Shown in pieces: positions 38,175 to 46,662 of a stretch of 61,253 bases of DNA. The notes beneath the pieces are model-generated. The model worked only from the letters and a program-made list of their open reading frames with translations. It was not told the DNA's origin and did not search any database. This DNA comes from Endomicrobiales bacterium (GTDB taxonomy: Bacteria > Elusimicrobiota > Endomicrobiia > Endomicrobiales > CAWCFT01), in assembly GCA_963794945.1 (NCBI GenBank), contig CAWCFT010000007.1, forward strand, positions 1 through 61,253, in the 5' to 3' direction. Positions within the stretch are counted from its first letter, which is position 1, and every line of letters starts with the position of its first letter. Both the position numbers and the translations under genes were made by a program.

Positions 38175-39188
38175 ATGTCAAACGAAACAGGCGCCAAGAT
38201 GTACTACGACAAAGATGCTGATTTAGGGTTGCTCAAAGGAAAGAAGATCGCCATTATAGGTTACGGAAGCCAGGGCCATGCCCAGGCGCTCAATCTTAAG
38301 GATTCAGGCTTGAACGTAGCGGTCGCTGAGCTGAACGGTTCAGACAACTATAACAAAGCCGTCGAAGCAGGCTGGAAGCCGGTAACCGCCGCCGAGGCAG
38401 TCAAGGACGCGGACTGGATACAGATACTGGTCGCTGACGAAGTTCAGTCAAAAGTTTGGCAGGCAGAGATAAAACCTAATATTAAAAAGGGGGCGACACT
38501 CGCTTTCTCACATGGCTTCAATATTCGTTTCGGCCAGATAGTCCCGCCGAAAGATGTTAACGTCGTGATGATAGCCCCCAAGGGCCCCGGGCACCTCGTC
38601 CGCCGCCAGTATGAAGAGGGAAAAGGCGTTCCGTGCCTAATAGCTGTCGAGCAGGATGCGACCGGAAACGCGCACCAGATAGGCCTCGCCTACGCAAAAG
38701 GCATAGGCGGAACGAGAGGTGGAGTCATCGAGACAACTTTTTCTGAAGAAACCGAAACAGACCTTTTCGGCGAACAAGTTGTTCTTTGCGGCGGGCTCGT
38801 AGAACTTATCCGTGCTGGTTTTGAGACACTTGTCGAAGCCGGCTATCAGCCGGAGATAGCCTATTTTGAGTGCCTTCATGAGTGCAAGCTCATAATCGAC
38901 ATGATATGGGAAGACGGTATTCACTGGATGAACTATTCCATTTCCGATACGGCCGAGTACGGCGAGTACGCGATAGGAAAAAGGATAATCACGGATGACA
39001 CAAGGAAAGAAATGAAAAAGGTGTTAGCCGAAATAGTGTCAGGCAAATTCGCAAAAGATTGGCTCTTGGAGAATCAGGTTGGCCGCCCGATGTTCAACCA
39101 GTGCCGCCGCGAGCTCGCGAAATCTAAGATAGAGATAGTCGGCGCGAAACTCCGTGCCATGATGCCTTGGCTTAAAAAGAAGGGTTAA
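38175..39188 (+). CDS. ilvC: Ketol-acid reductoisomerase
   Basis: [32 protein letters not shown]. Confidence 0.97.
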   Translation: MSNETGAKMYYDKDADLGLLKGKKIAIIGYGSQGHAQALNLKDSGLNVAVAELNGSDNYNKAVEAGWKPVTAAEAVKDADWIQILVADEVQSKVWQAEIKPNIKKGATLAFSHGFNIRFGQIVPPKDVNVVMIAPKGPGHLVRRQYEEGKGVPCLIAVEQDATGNAHQIGLAYAKGIGGTRGGVIETTFSEETETDLFGEQVVLCGGLVELIRAGFETLVEAGYQPEIAYFECLHECKLIIDMIWEDGIHWMNYSISDTAEYGEYAIGKRIITDDTRKEMKKVLAEIVSGKFAKDWLLENQVGRPMFNQCRRELAKSKIEIVGAKLRAMMPWLKKKG

Positions 39189-39207
39189 ACAGCAAGAGAG
39201 AAATTAA

Positions 39208-40149
39208 ATGACAAGAAATCATAAGCTCATGATCCTCGCAGTAGTCGGGTTCATATTTGCATTCATCTTATTTAACTGGACAATGTCCGCTTTTATCCAC
39301 GCTAAAAAAGAAATATTGATACCCGACCTGAAGGGGAAATCCATTACTGACGCGGTGACGGCCCTTTCGACTCTAAACCTCGGCCTCAAAAAGGAAGGGG
39401 AAGAGAACGACGAGACCATACCCGCCGGTACCATCGTGAGACAGAGCCCTCCCGCCGGCATGGCTGTTAGAGAAGGCAAGATAATCCGGGTTACCGTAAG
39501 CCAGGGAGGCAAGGTTATATATGTGCCGAGCCTTGCAGGACAGATGGCACGCTCGGCCGAGATAACTCTGCGCTCAGCAGGGCTCACGATAGGCGAAGAG
39601 ACATCTAAATACTCGCTTATCGGAAAAAAAGACGAGGTTCTATCACAGGACCCGCAGGCGGGACAGAGTGTTGAGCGTGACACCATGGTGAATCTTGTGA
39701 TTTCCATGGGCCCGCCTTCCGCGGAAATGACGCTTATGCCGGATTGGACTGGTAAGAACGCTGACGAAGCAAGCCGGTGGGCTCAGGCCGGCGGTATAAA
39801 GCTTGATGTCCGGCAGGAAAAAAGCATGAGTGTTGCCGTGGGTACGGTAATCAGGCAGGAACCCGCGCCGGATACTGACATAACTGAATCCAAGCAGGCC
39901 GTAATCTATGTGTCGGGTGAAGGCGGCAGCAACCCTACAATTTCAAATATGTTTTATTACGAGATACCGCAGGGCGGCGGGCAGCGCAACCTGAGGTTAA
40001 CATTGCAGGATGATAATGGCGAAAAGGAAATATTCAGAGGCCAGCGCGCCCCGGGTTCAAAGCTTGAGCTGGCTGTGAACCCCAAAGGGAACGCGCGTGT
40101 AAGGATATTTGTCAACGACATACTTGTTGAAGAGCGGGAAATTAAATAG
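39208..40149 (+). CDS. Membrane-anchored protein with three PASTA domains
   Basis: N-terminal TM; IPDLKGKS...QSPPAG, VPSLAGQ...QDPQAG, MPDWTGK...QEPAP. Confidence 0.88.
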   Translation: MTRNHKLMILAVVGFIFAFILFNWTMSAFIHAKKEILIPDLKGKSITDAVTALSTLNLGLKKEGEENDETIPAGTIVRQSPPAGMAVREGKIIRVTVSQGGKVIYVPSLAGQMARSAEITLRSAGLTIGEETSKYSLIGKKDEVLSQDPQAGQSVERDTMVNLVISMGPPSAEMTLMPDWTGKNADEASRWAQAGGIKLDVRQEKSMSVAVGTVIRQEPAPDTDITESKQAVIYVSGEGGSNPTISNMFYYEIPQGGGQRNLRLTLQDDNGEKEIFRGQRAPGSKLELAVNPKGNARVRIFVNDILVEEREIK

Positions 40150-40171
40150 TAAGAGTTCGGGCTTAATATAA

Positions 40172-40837
40172 ATGAAAGATAAAGTCATTATCGCGCCGTC
40201 AATATTGTCGGCAGACTTCTCAAAGCTGGCAAAAGACATTGCACTTATTGAAAAGGCCGGAGCAGACTGGCTGCATATCGATGTTATGGATGGCCACTTT
40301 GTGCCGAACATAACCATCGGCCCTGGGGTAATAAAATCGTTGAGGCCGAAATCGAAACTTCTTTTCGATGTGCACCTCATGATCACCGAACCGGAGAAGT
40401 TCTTCGAAGTTTTTGTAAACAGCGGAGCAGACCTGGTCAATTTCCATTGCGAAGTGAAATGCGATAAAAAAGCCCTTATTGCCGGTATTAAAAAAATGGG
40501 CGCTAAAGCCGGAATAACTATACGGCCTTCAACGGATATCGCTATGATTATGGACTTTGTGCCGCTCGTTGATTTAGTGCTTGTAATGACAGTCGAGCCG
40601 GGTTTTGCCGGTCAGAAGTTCAAGGAAGAGATGATACCCAGGATAAGGATCGTAAGGGACTATATTACCAAGAATAAACTACGTTGCGACCTGCAGGTGG
40701 ATGGCGGCATAAATCCGGAAACAGGGCTTAAGGCCGTTCAGAACGGGGCTAATGCTTTAGTAGCGGGTCAATCGATCTTTGGTGAGCCCGACCCGGCCCA
40801 AGCGTTGAAGAATCTAAGAAAAACAGTTGAAATATAA
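40172..40837 (+). CDS. rpe: Ribulose-phosphate 3-epimerase
   Basis: APSILSADF, HIDVMDGHFVPN, DVHLM, VDGGIN. Confidence 0.97.
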   Translation: MKDKVIIAPSILSADFSKLAKDIALIEKAGADWLHIDVMDGHFVPNITIGPGVIKSLRPKSKLLFDVHLMITEPEKFFEVFVNSGADLVNFHCEVKCDKKALIAGIKKMGAKAGITIRPSTDIAMIMDFVPLVDLVLVMTVEPGFAGQKFKEEMIPRIRIVRDYITKNKLRCDLQVDGGINPETGLKAVQNGANALVAGQSIFGEPDPAQALKNLRKTVEI

Positions 40838-40891
40838 GCATGTTTTGTATTTTTTAATCCAGCCGGGCGGAAAAATATCAAATAATATGTG

Positions 40892-40920
40892 TTGACAACC
40901 GGTGTTTTTACGAGTATAAT
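40892..40920 (+). promoter_or_regulatory. Consensus sigma70 promoter of the rpsP operon
   Basis: TTGACA-17 bp-TATAAT. Confidence 0.88.
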
Positions 40921-40953
40921 GACACTTTACTAAAACGGAGGTGAACAAAGCTT

Positions 40954-41220
40954 ATGACAGTACGTTTGCGTTTACAAAGACTGGGAAAACCTAAAAGGCC
41001 TTTTTACCGGATAGTAGCTATCGATAAAAGGGTAAAGAGAGACGGTGCGCCTATTGAAATACTCGGACAGTATGATCCAATGGCGGTAACAGAAAAGACG
41101 AAGGTCAATGCGGACAGGGTTCAATACTGGATGAAAGAGGGTGCACAGCCGTCGAGGACAGTTATGACTCTTTTGAAGCTTAACCCGGTCAAGACCGAAA
41201 CCACCAATACTCCAAAGTAA
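40954..41220 (+). CDS. rpsP: 30S ribosomal protein S16
   Basis: VRLRLQRLG, PFYRIV, RDG, GAQPS. Confidence 0.96.
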   Translation: MTVRLRLQRLGKPKRPFYRIVAIDKRVKRDGAPIEILGQYDPMAVTEKTKVNADRVQYWMKEGAQPSRTVMTLLKLNPVKTETTNTPK

Positions 41221-41270
41221 TCCAAATATAACATTGCTCCGTTTGCTTTTACAGGACGGGAGGGTTTGGA

Positions 41271-41501
41271 ATGAAAGACCTCGTCGTATTCATAGCTAAA
41301 GCTCTTGTCGACAATCCGGGCGAAGTCGAAGTTAAAGAGGTCGCCGGAGAAAAATCGGTCGTGCTTGAAGTCAAAGTCTCCGAGTCGGACAGGGGCAAAA
41401 TAATCGGAAAAGAAGGGCGCATAATCAAATCGATCCGCACTATCGTCAATTCCGCGTCTGCCAAGACGGACAAACGCGCGACTGTTGAGATCATTGAATA
41501 A
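41271..41501 (+). CDS. khpA: KH-domain RNA-binding protein KhpA
   Basis: IAKALVDNP, DRGKIIGKEGR; position after rpsP. Confidence 0.92.
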   Translation: MKDLVVFIAKALVDNPGEVEVKEVAGEKSVVLEVKVSESDRGKIIGKEGRIIKSIRTIVNSASAKTDKRATVEIIE

Positions 41502-41522
41502 GCCGCCATATTAAATATTAAA

Positions 41523-41804
41523 TTGGATACAAAGACCTGGAAAGTTTCCGACATTGCCGGTTCAAATATCTTGGACGAAAATGGCACCATGATTGGTGTC
41601 CTTGTCGATGTCCTGCCTACCGGCGGAAACGACGTCTGGGTCATTAAGACCGACCTTAACGAGTCGGGCGAGATACTTCTTCCGGCATTAAAATCGGTCG
41701 TTACAAAGATCGATATCGAATCAAAAAAGATATATATCGTGATGCCGGCCGGGCTCAAAGAGATATTTGAAGAGCACGCCGAAGCAAAAAAAGAAGAAAA
41801 ATAG
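41523..41804 (+). CDS. rimM: RimM C-terminal PRC barrel only
   Basis: DIAG...IGVLVDVLPTGGNDVWVI...EILLPA...KIDIESKKI; rimM position; N-terminal domain absent. Confidence 0.75.
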   Translation: MDTKTWKVSDIAGSNILDENGTMIGVLVDVLPTGGNDVWVIKTDLNESGEILLPALKSVVTKIDIESKKIYIVMPAGLKEIFEEHAEAKKEEK

Positions 41805-41879
41805 TATTACAGTATTGATACACGCGAGCGGTAGGTCGCGTTATTTAAAGAGCCTACGGCTCCTTCTAGAGGGGCTCCA

Positions 41880-42663
41880 CTGAAAATAGATATAATCACG
41901 ATATTTCCGGAGATGTTCACCGGGCCCTTGACGGAGAGCCTTCTACAAAAGGCGCGTGATAAGGGAATCCTGGAAATAAATTTTGTCAACCCGCGTTCTT
42001 TCACAAAAGACAGGCACCACGTAGTCAACGGCCGCCCGTTCGGCGGAGGCCCGGGCATGGTAATGAAGCCGGAGCCTCTATACGCTGCTCTCAAAAGCCT
42101 AAAGGCTATAAAAATTAGGTCTAATGCTGTCGGCGAGTGCACCGTTAAACCTTTGGTTGTATACCTTTCTCCGCAGGGCAGAACACTCGATACCGGCTTA
42201 GTAAAGAAACTGGCGAAACACAAACGCATCGTGCTTGTGTGCGGCCACTACGAGGGTGTTGACGAGAGGGCCATGAGCTGGGTGGACGAAGAGATATCCA
42301 TCGGCGACTATGTTCTTACAGGCGGCGAACTGCCAGCGATGGTGCTTATAGACGCAGTAGCGAGGAACCTCCCAGGCGTAGTCAAAGAAGCGGGTTCGGT
42401 TGAGAACGATTCATTTTTCAACGGATTGCTTGATTACCCGAATTACACAAGGCCTGCCGTGTTCAGGGGTGAGGGTGTGCCAGAGGTATTACTTTCGGGC
42501 CACCACGAAAATGTAGAAAGATGGCGCAGGGTTCAATCGCTAAAGCGAACGGCAGCCAGAACGCCCCGAGCTCCTTAAGAAAGTCAAGCTCAGCGCGGAA
42601 GACAAGCAGATCTTAAATGAAAACAAGCTGCAAAAACTAATAAAACACAAGAAAAGGGAGTAA
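41880..42663 (+). CDS. trmD: tRNA (guanine37-N1)-methyltransferase (apparent CTG start; indel near 42560)
   Basis: [41 protein letters not shown]; tail RPELL continues in another frame to 42663. Confidence 0.93.
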
Positions 42664-42667
42664 AAAA

Positions 42668-43015
42668 ATGTCAATTATCTCAGAAATCGAGAGTACGCAG
42701 AAAAAAGCCGAGACCGTACCGTTCCGCCCTGGCGACCAGGTGAAAGTTCATTTTAAAGTAGTGGAAGGCGATAACGAGCGCGTCCAGCTATTTGAAGGGA
42801 CCGTCATCCGCAGCAAGGGGTCGGGCATAAGTAAAATGTTCACGGTAAGAAAGATCTCTTTCGGCATCGGCGTCGAGAGGATATTCCCGATACATTCACC
42901 AAGGATCGAAAAGATAGAGATAGTAAAACGCGGGCGCGTGAGGCGTTCGAAACTTTATTACCTTCGCGACCTTTCCGGTAAAGCGGCGCGTATCGAAGAA
43001 CTTGAGACAAAATAA
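42668..43015 (+). CDS. rplS: 50S ribosomal protein L19
   Basis: [29 protein letters not shown]. Confidence 0.97.
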   Translation: MSIISEIESTQKKAETVPFRPGDQVKVHFKVVEGDNERVQLFEGTVIRSKGSGISKMFTVRKISFGIGVERIFPIHSPRIEKIEIVKRGRVRRSKLYYLRDLSGKAARIEELETK

Positions 43016-43035
43016 GAACAAGCCTTCGGATATAA

Positions 43036-43151
43036 AAGGCGTTCATATGTTTACGGCTTTGCGAGTTCATGTGTTAAATTCTTTTTTAAGGGGTTTAATA
43101 CATCAATTTGCGGTTTGGAAAGTCCGTTAACATATGAACGCCTTCTTTTTT
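43036..43151 (+). ncRNA. Long rod-like hairpin ending in a U-tract (unknown structured RNA or extended terminator)
   Basis: 16-bp perfect stem 43036-43051/43129-43144; inner helices contain six G-U pairs; CTTTTTT follows. Confidence 0.55.
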
Positions 43152-43217
43152 GTTCAGGTAATTTTGTGATAGAAGTTACGTGATTTGCAAGTCATGAGTC
43201 CCTAAAAGGAGCGGCTT

Positions 43218-43848
43218 GTGGGCCTGTTCGAGTTCGACTACAGTTTTTTCACAGAAGGCCACACTAGTATAGCCGGCATTGATGAAGCCGGGCGCGGGCC
43301 GTGGGCAGGGCCGGTGGTGGCGCGCCAGCCGTGGTTTTGCCAATGGGAATCAGCATAAAAGGAATAAATGATTCTAAGAAGCTTTCTGTGTTAAAACGGG
43401 AAGAGTTATTTGTTGAAATATATCAAAAAGCTTCGTCCGTGGGCATAGGCATAGTCGGCCAGGATATCATAGATGATGTCAATATACTCGAGGCGACTTA
43501 CATAGCAATGAGGGAAGCTGTCAGCAGGCTTGAAGGAGCCCCAGAACTCCTGCTTGTAGACGGCAGCTGGCAAATCCCAGAGCTTAATATCAAGCAATAC
43601 GCTATTGTCGGTGGTGACGGGAAGAGCACCGGCTATCGCCGCGGCATCTATTATAGCTAAGGTGACCCGTGACAGGATAATGACCGAGTTTTTCTGAAGT
43701 CTATCCCCAATATAGTTTTCACAAACATAAGGGCTACGGTACAAAAGGACATAGGGATGCGCTCGAGCTTTACGGGCCTTGTCCATTACATAGAAAAAGT
43801 TTCGCTCCCATAAGGGAAGCTATTGAAGCCGCGAACGGAGACAGGTAG
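43218..43848 (+). CDS. rnhB: Ribonuclease HII (several indels: about 43322, 43630, 43690)
   Basis: [60 protein letters not shown] across frames. Confidence 0.88.
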
Positions 43849-44217
43849 TGTCTACAAGGGAGATCGGTGCGCTGGGTGAGGCCCAAGCAGTGGCATATCT
43901 TAAGAAAAACGGTTACAAGATACTGGAGACAAATTTCTCGACTATTTTTGGGGAAATAGATATCATAGCGCGAGACAAAAAAGACATAGTGTTCATTGAA
44001 GTTAAGTTAAGAAGGACAAAAGAGTTCGGATTTCCAGAAGAAGCCGTAAACGAGCGCAAGCAGTCAAGGATAATCAAGTTCTGCTCTTTCTTACGCAAAG
44101 ATAAAACGGCTGTGCAGCGGGAACATGAGGTTCGATGTCATTGCAATTGGGCCCGAGCCGGGTAAGATAGAGCTTACAAAGGACGCATTCTCATCTGACG
44201 GCAGTTACACGATGTAG
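43848..44217 (+). CDS. YraN/UPF0102 family endonuclease-like protein (indel near 44080)
   Basis: GALGEAQA, GEIDII, VFIEVK; RFDVIAI in another frame. Confidence 0.85.
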
Positions 44218-44278
44218 GTATTAGAAAGAATAATATAATATGCGATGGTAGATTCATGTTGGTTCAAGGCGGTGCGTA

Positions 44279-45655
44279 ATGTTCGGTTTCCTATTAAATC
44301 CAGTCAAGCGCGGCATAAGGCTTATGCAGAATAACAAATTCAGCGAGGCTTTAAAACTTTTTTCCGAAGCTCTGGAAAAAGGATCGAACCGTGACGACGC
44401 CAATTTTTACTCAGGCGCATGCTATTTTGCAATGGGAGATTTTACTGCCGCTAAGAAGTTTCTCCACACTGCAATAGACCTTAACTCCACTCCAGACAGG
44501 GTCTCCGATATCCTGGAGATCGTGAACTGGAACATGGTGAGCCACTTTAATTATTTTAATTCATGCCAGACGTTTTCTCCGGACGGTTCGCACCTCGTGT
44601 TTTCCTGCTCGAAGAAAGACACGAACGGGGATGGGAAGATCAATGCTCTCGACCTAAGAGGTATTTATCTAACCGACCTGTCTACTGGGGCAGAGGAGTG
44701 CATAGTAGAAGATGATAATATTAATATGAGGCCGGTCTTTTCGCCCGATTCATCTAAAATAGCTTATATTTCACAAAAGCAGGCCGGACCGGGTGCTCCT
44801 GGGATGGCAAAACTGTTTATAATCGATCTGGGGACTCTTGCTGAGACTGAACTGCTTAAAGATTTTAAGGTTAAATATCACCTCTTCTCCCGGGACGGAG
44901 AAAATATAATATTTTGCGGATGGAAAGAGGGCGATAAGAACAGCGGCATATATTCACTGAGCTTGGACAAGGGCTCCGTAACCACACTCGTGCCGGGGGT
45001 TTATGAAAACACGTTCCCTTCACTTTCGCCCGATGGCAGCAGGCTTCTTTATACCTCATGGAGGGCTGACACAAACGGCGACGGCTTAATAGATTTTCAC
45101 GATAACTCCGCCATCTATCTCAAAGACCTCGCCAGCGGCATTGAAGAGGAGCTTGTTTCATCTGATTTCAATAATACATTCCCTGTATTCTCGCCTGACG
45201 GCAAGCAGATACTCTATCTCTCCGTACGCCGTGATACTTGCGGCGATGGTTGTGTTGACTCTCTGGATAACGCCGGCATTTATCTTCTGGAAATCGAGAA
45301 CTGTCGCGAGAAGTGCGTTGTAGACGACACGTTCTATAACAAGTTCCCGGCTTTCGGGCCGGACGGCAATAAACTCATATTTGTGACTAGCGGCTGCCAC
45401 TTCAGGATAGGCTGCAGCAAGAACGATTTCTTTGAGCAGAAAGGTATTTACATGCTAGACATGAAAAAAAGGGATTTTTATCAGATAATGTCAGAACGTT
45501 ATTACGGAAGCCGGGCTCCTGTCTTCTCTCCAAGGGGTGACAAGGTAGCCTACGTTTCCTGGAGAAGGGGAACGAACAGGGGTCTTTACGTCGCGGATAT
45601 AGGCAGGCTGCCGACAAAAGCGTTGCTGCACGAGTGGATAGATAAAAATCTCTAA
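44279..45655 (+). CDS. TPR + TolB-like/PD40 beta-propeller with DxNxDG loops
   Basis: N-terminal TPR; repeated P.FSPDG blades; DTNGDGKINALD, DTNGDGLIDFHD, DTCGDGCVDSLD. Confidence 0.8.
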   Translation: MFGFLLNPVKRGIRLMQNNKFSEALKLFSEALEKGSNRDDANFYSGACYFAMGDFTAAKKFLHTAIDLNSTPDRVSDILEIVNWNMVSHFNYFNSCQTFSPDGSHLVFSCSKKDTNGDGKINALDLRGIYLTDLSTGAEECIVEDDNINMRPVFSPDSSKIAYISQKQAGPGAPGMAKLFIIDLGTLAETELLKDFKVKYHLFSRDGENIIFCGWKEGDKNSGIYSLSLDKGSVTTLVPGVYENTFPSLSPDGSRLLYTSWRADTNGDGLIDFHDNSAIYLKDLASGIEEELVSSDFNNTFPVFSPDGKQILYLSVRRDTCGDGCVDSLDNAGIYLLEIENCREKCVVDDTFYNKFPAFGPDGNKLIFVTSGCHFRIGCSKNDFFEQKGIYMLDMKKRDFYQIMSERYYGSRAPVFSPRGDKVAYVSWRRGTNRGLYVADIGRLPTKALLHEWIDKNL

Positions 45656-45674
45656 ATAAATTTTGAGAAAATAT

Positions 45675-46217
45675 ATGGTAACTAAAACCTTAGACGATCT
45701 TATAAGTGAAAGAAGAAGCGTTAGAAAGTATCTGGACAGGCCGGTTGAACGGGAAAAGCTCGAGGCTGTCCTTGAAGCGGCACGGCTTGCGCCGTCGGCG
45801 TGTAATGCCCAGCCTTGGCGGTTCGTTGTTGTTGAGAATGCGGAGATACTTCAAGAACTCAAGGATGATGGGCTAGGAGGAGTAGTTGTTCCTAACTCCT
45901 GGGCAAAAACAGCGCCTGTAGTCATAATTGCATGCAGTGATTTGAATTTGATCACGCATAGGGTAGCTGAGCGTCTGCAAGGCGTCGAATATCATCTAAT
46001 TGACATAGGCATAGCTCTTGAGCATATCGCTTTAAAAGCCGTTGAACTGGGCCTTGGAACCTGTTATATAGGCTGGTTCAACTCTAAAGCCGTATATAAA
46101 CTCCTAAAACTCCCCGCCTCATGGAAACCCGAGTGCTTGCTTGCAATTGGATATCCTCAGGAACTACCAGGCCCAACGAACAGGAAAGACCTTAAAGAAT
46201 TTTGTCGGTTTATTTAA
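45675..46217 (+). CDS. Nitroreductase family protein
   Basis: RRSVRKY, APSACNAQPWRF, ELGLGTCYIG. Confidence 0.92.
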   Translation: MVTKTLDDLISERRSVRKYLDRPVEREKLEAVLEAARLAPSACNAQPWRFVVVENAEILQELKDDGLGGVVVPNSWAKTAPVVIIACSDLNLITHRVAERLQGVEYHLIDIGIALEHIALKAVELGLGTCYIGWFNSKAVYKLLKLPASWKPECLLAIGYPQELPGPTNRKDLKEFCRFI

Positions 46218-46418
46218 TAATATCAGCTATACGGTAGGTAAAGTGAAAAAAGTAACACTGCGAAATAACGCGTTATAATCGTTTTATGGCTGCAAAGTTG
46301 TGAAAATTAGTTCAGATCAAGTCCAGTGAATGAATTTCAATCATTTTTAGTTTATTGACGGAAAAAGTGCTGTTTTTGTGCACTATCAAGTTCTGATTGA
46401 AAAATATTTAAAAAACCC

Positions 46419-46450
46419 TTGACAACCATAGGGTTCTGTGTTATTAAGAT
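46419..46450 (+). promoter_or_regulatory. Candidate promoter upstream of the riboswitch
   Basis: TTGACA at 46419; TG-n-TATTAA at 17-bp spacing (or TAAGAT at 20 bp); AACCCT-N10-AGGGTT palindrome overlaps the -35. Confidence 0.55.
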
Positions 46451-46543
46451 ATTGCGATAAAGGCAAACTCCGGGAAACCGGAGGACGCAAAGCCACGGGG
46501 CTAAGGATAGGGGGCACTATCTACGCTAGCCGGGTTACCGAAT
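46451..46543 (+). ncRNA. c-di-GMP-I (GEMM) riboswitch aptamer
   Basis: GGCAAAC-TCCGG-GAAA-CCGGA-GGACGCAAAGC...CTAA...GGGTTACCG, matching the class I architecture. Confidence 0.92.
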
Positions 46544-46662
46544 GAAATGTTGCATGGCTGTATGCTGTGCGGCGGACAATTTTTTCTGTAGGGTTCCAAC
46601 TAAGACCCCCTATCCATTGCTACCAGGCAGAATTGCCGCGGTGGTTTTTCTATTTTAAAAAT

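Noticed and set aside
43036..43151. 6S RNA or SRP RNA identity for the long hairpin
   Set aside because: No two-sided central bubble and no SRP GNRA-loop domain IV motif.
46451..46543. cGAMP-sensing (GEMM-Ib) variant
   Set aside because: The specificity position reads G (AAGGCAAAC), as in c-di-GMP binders.
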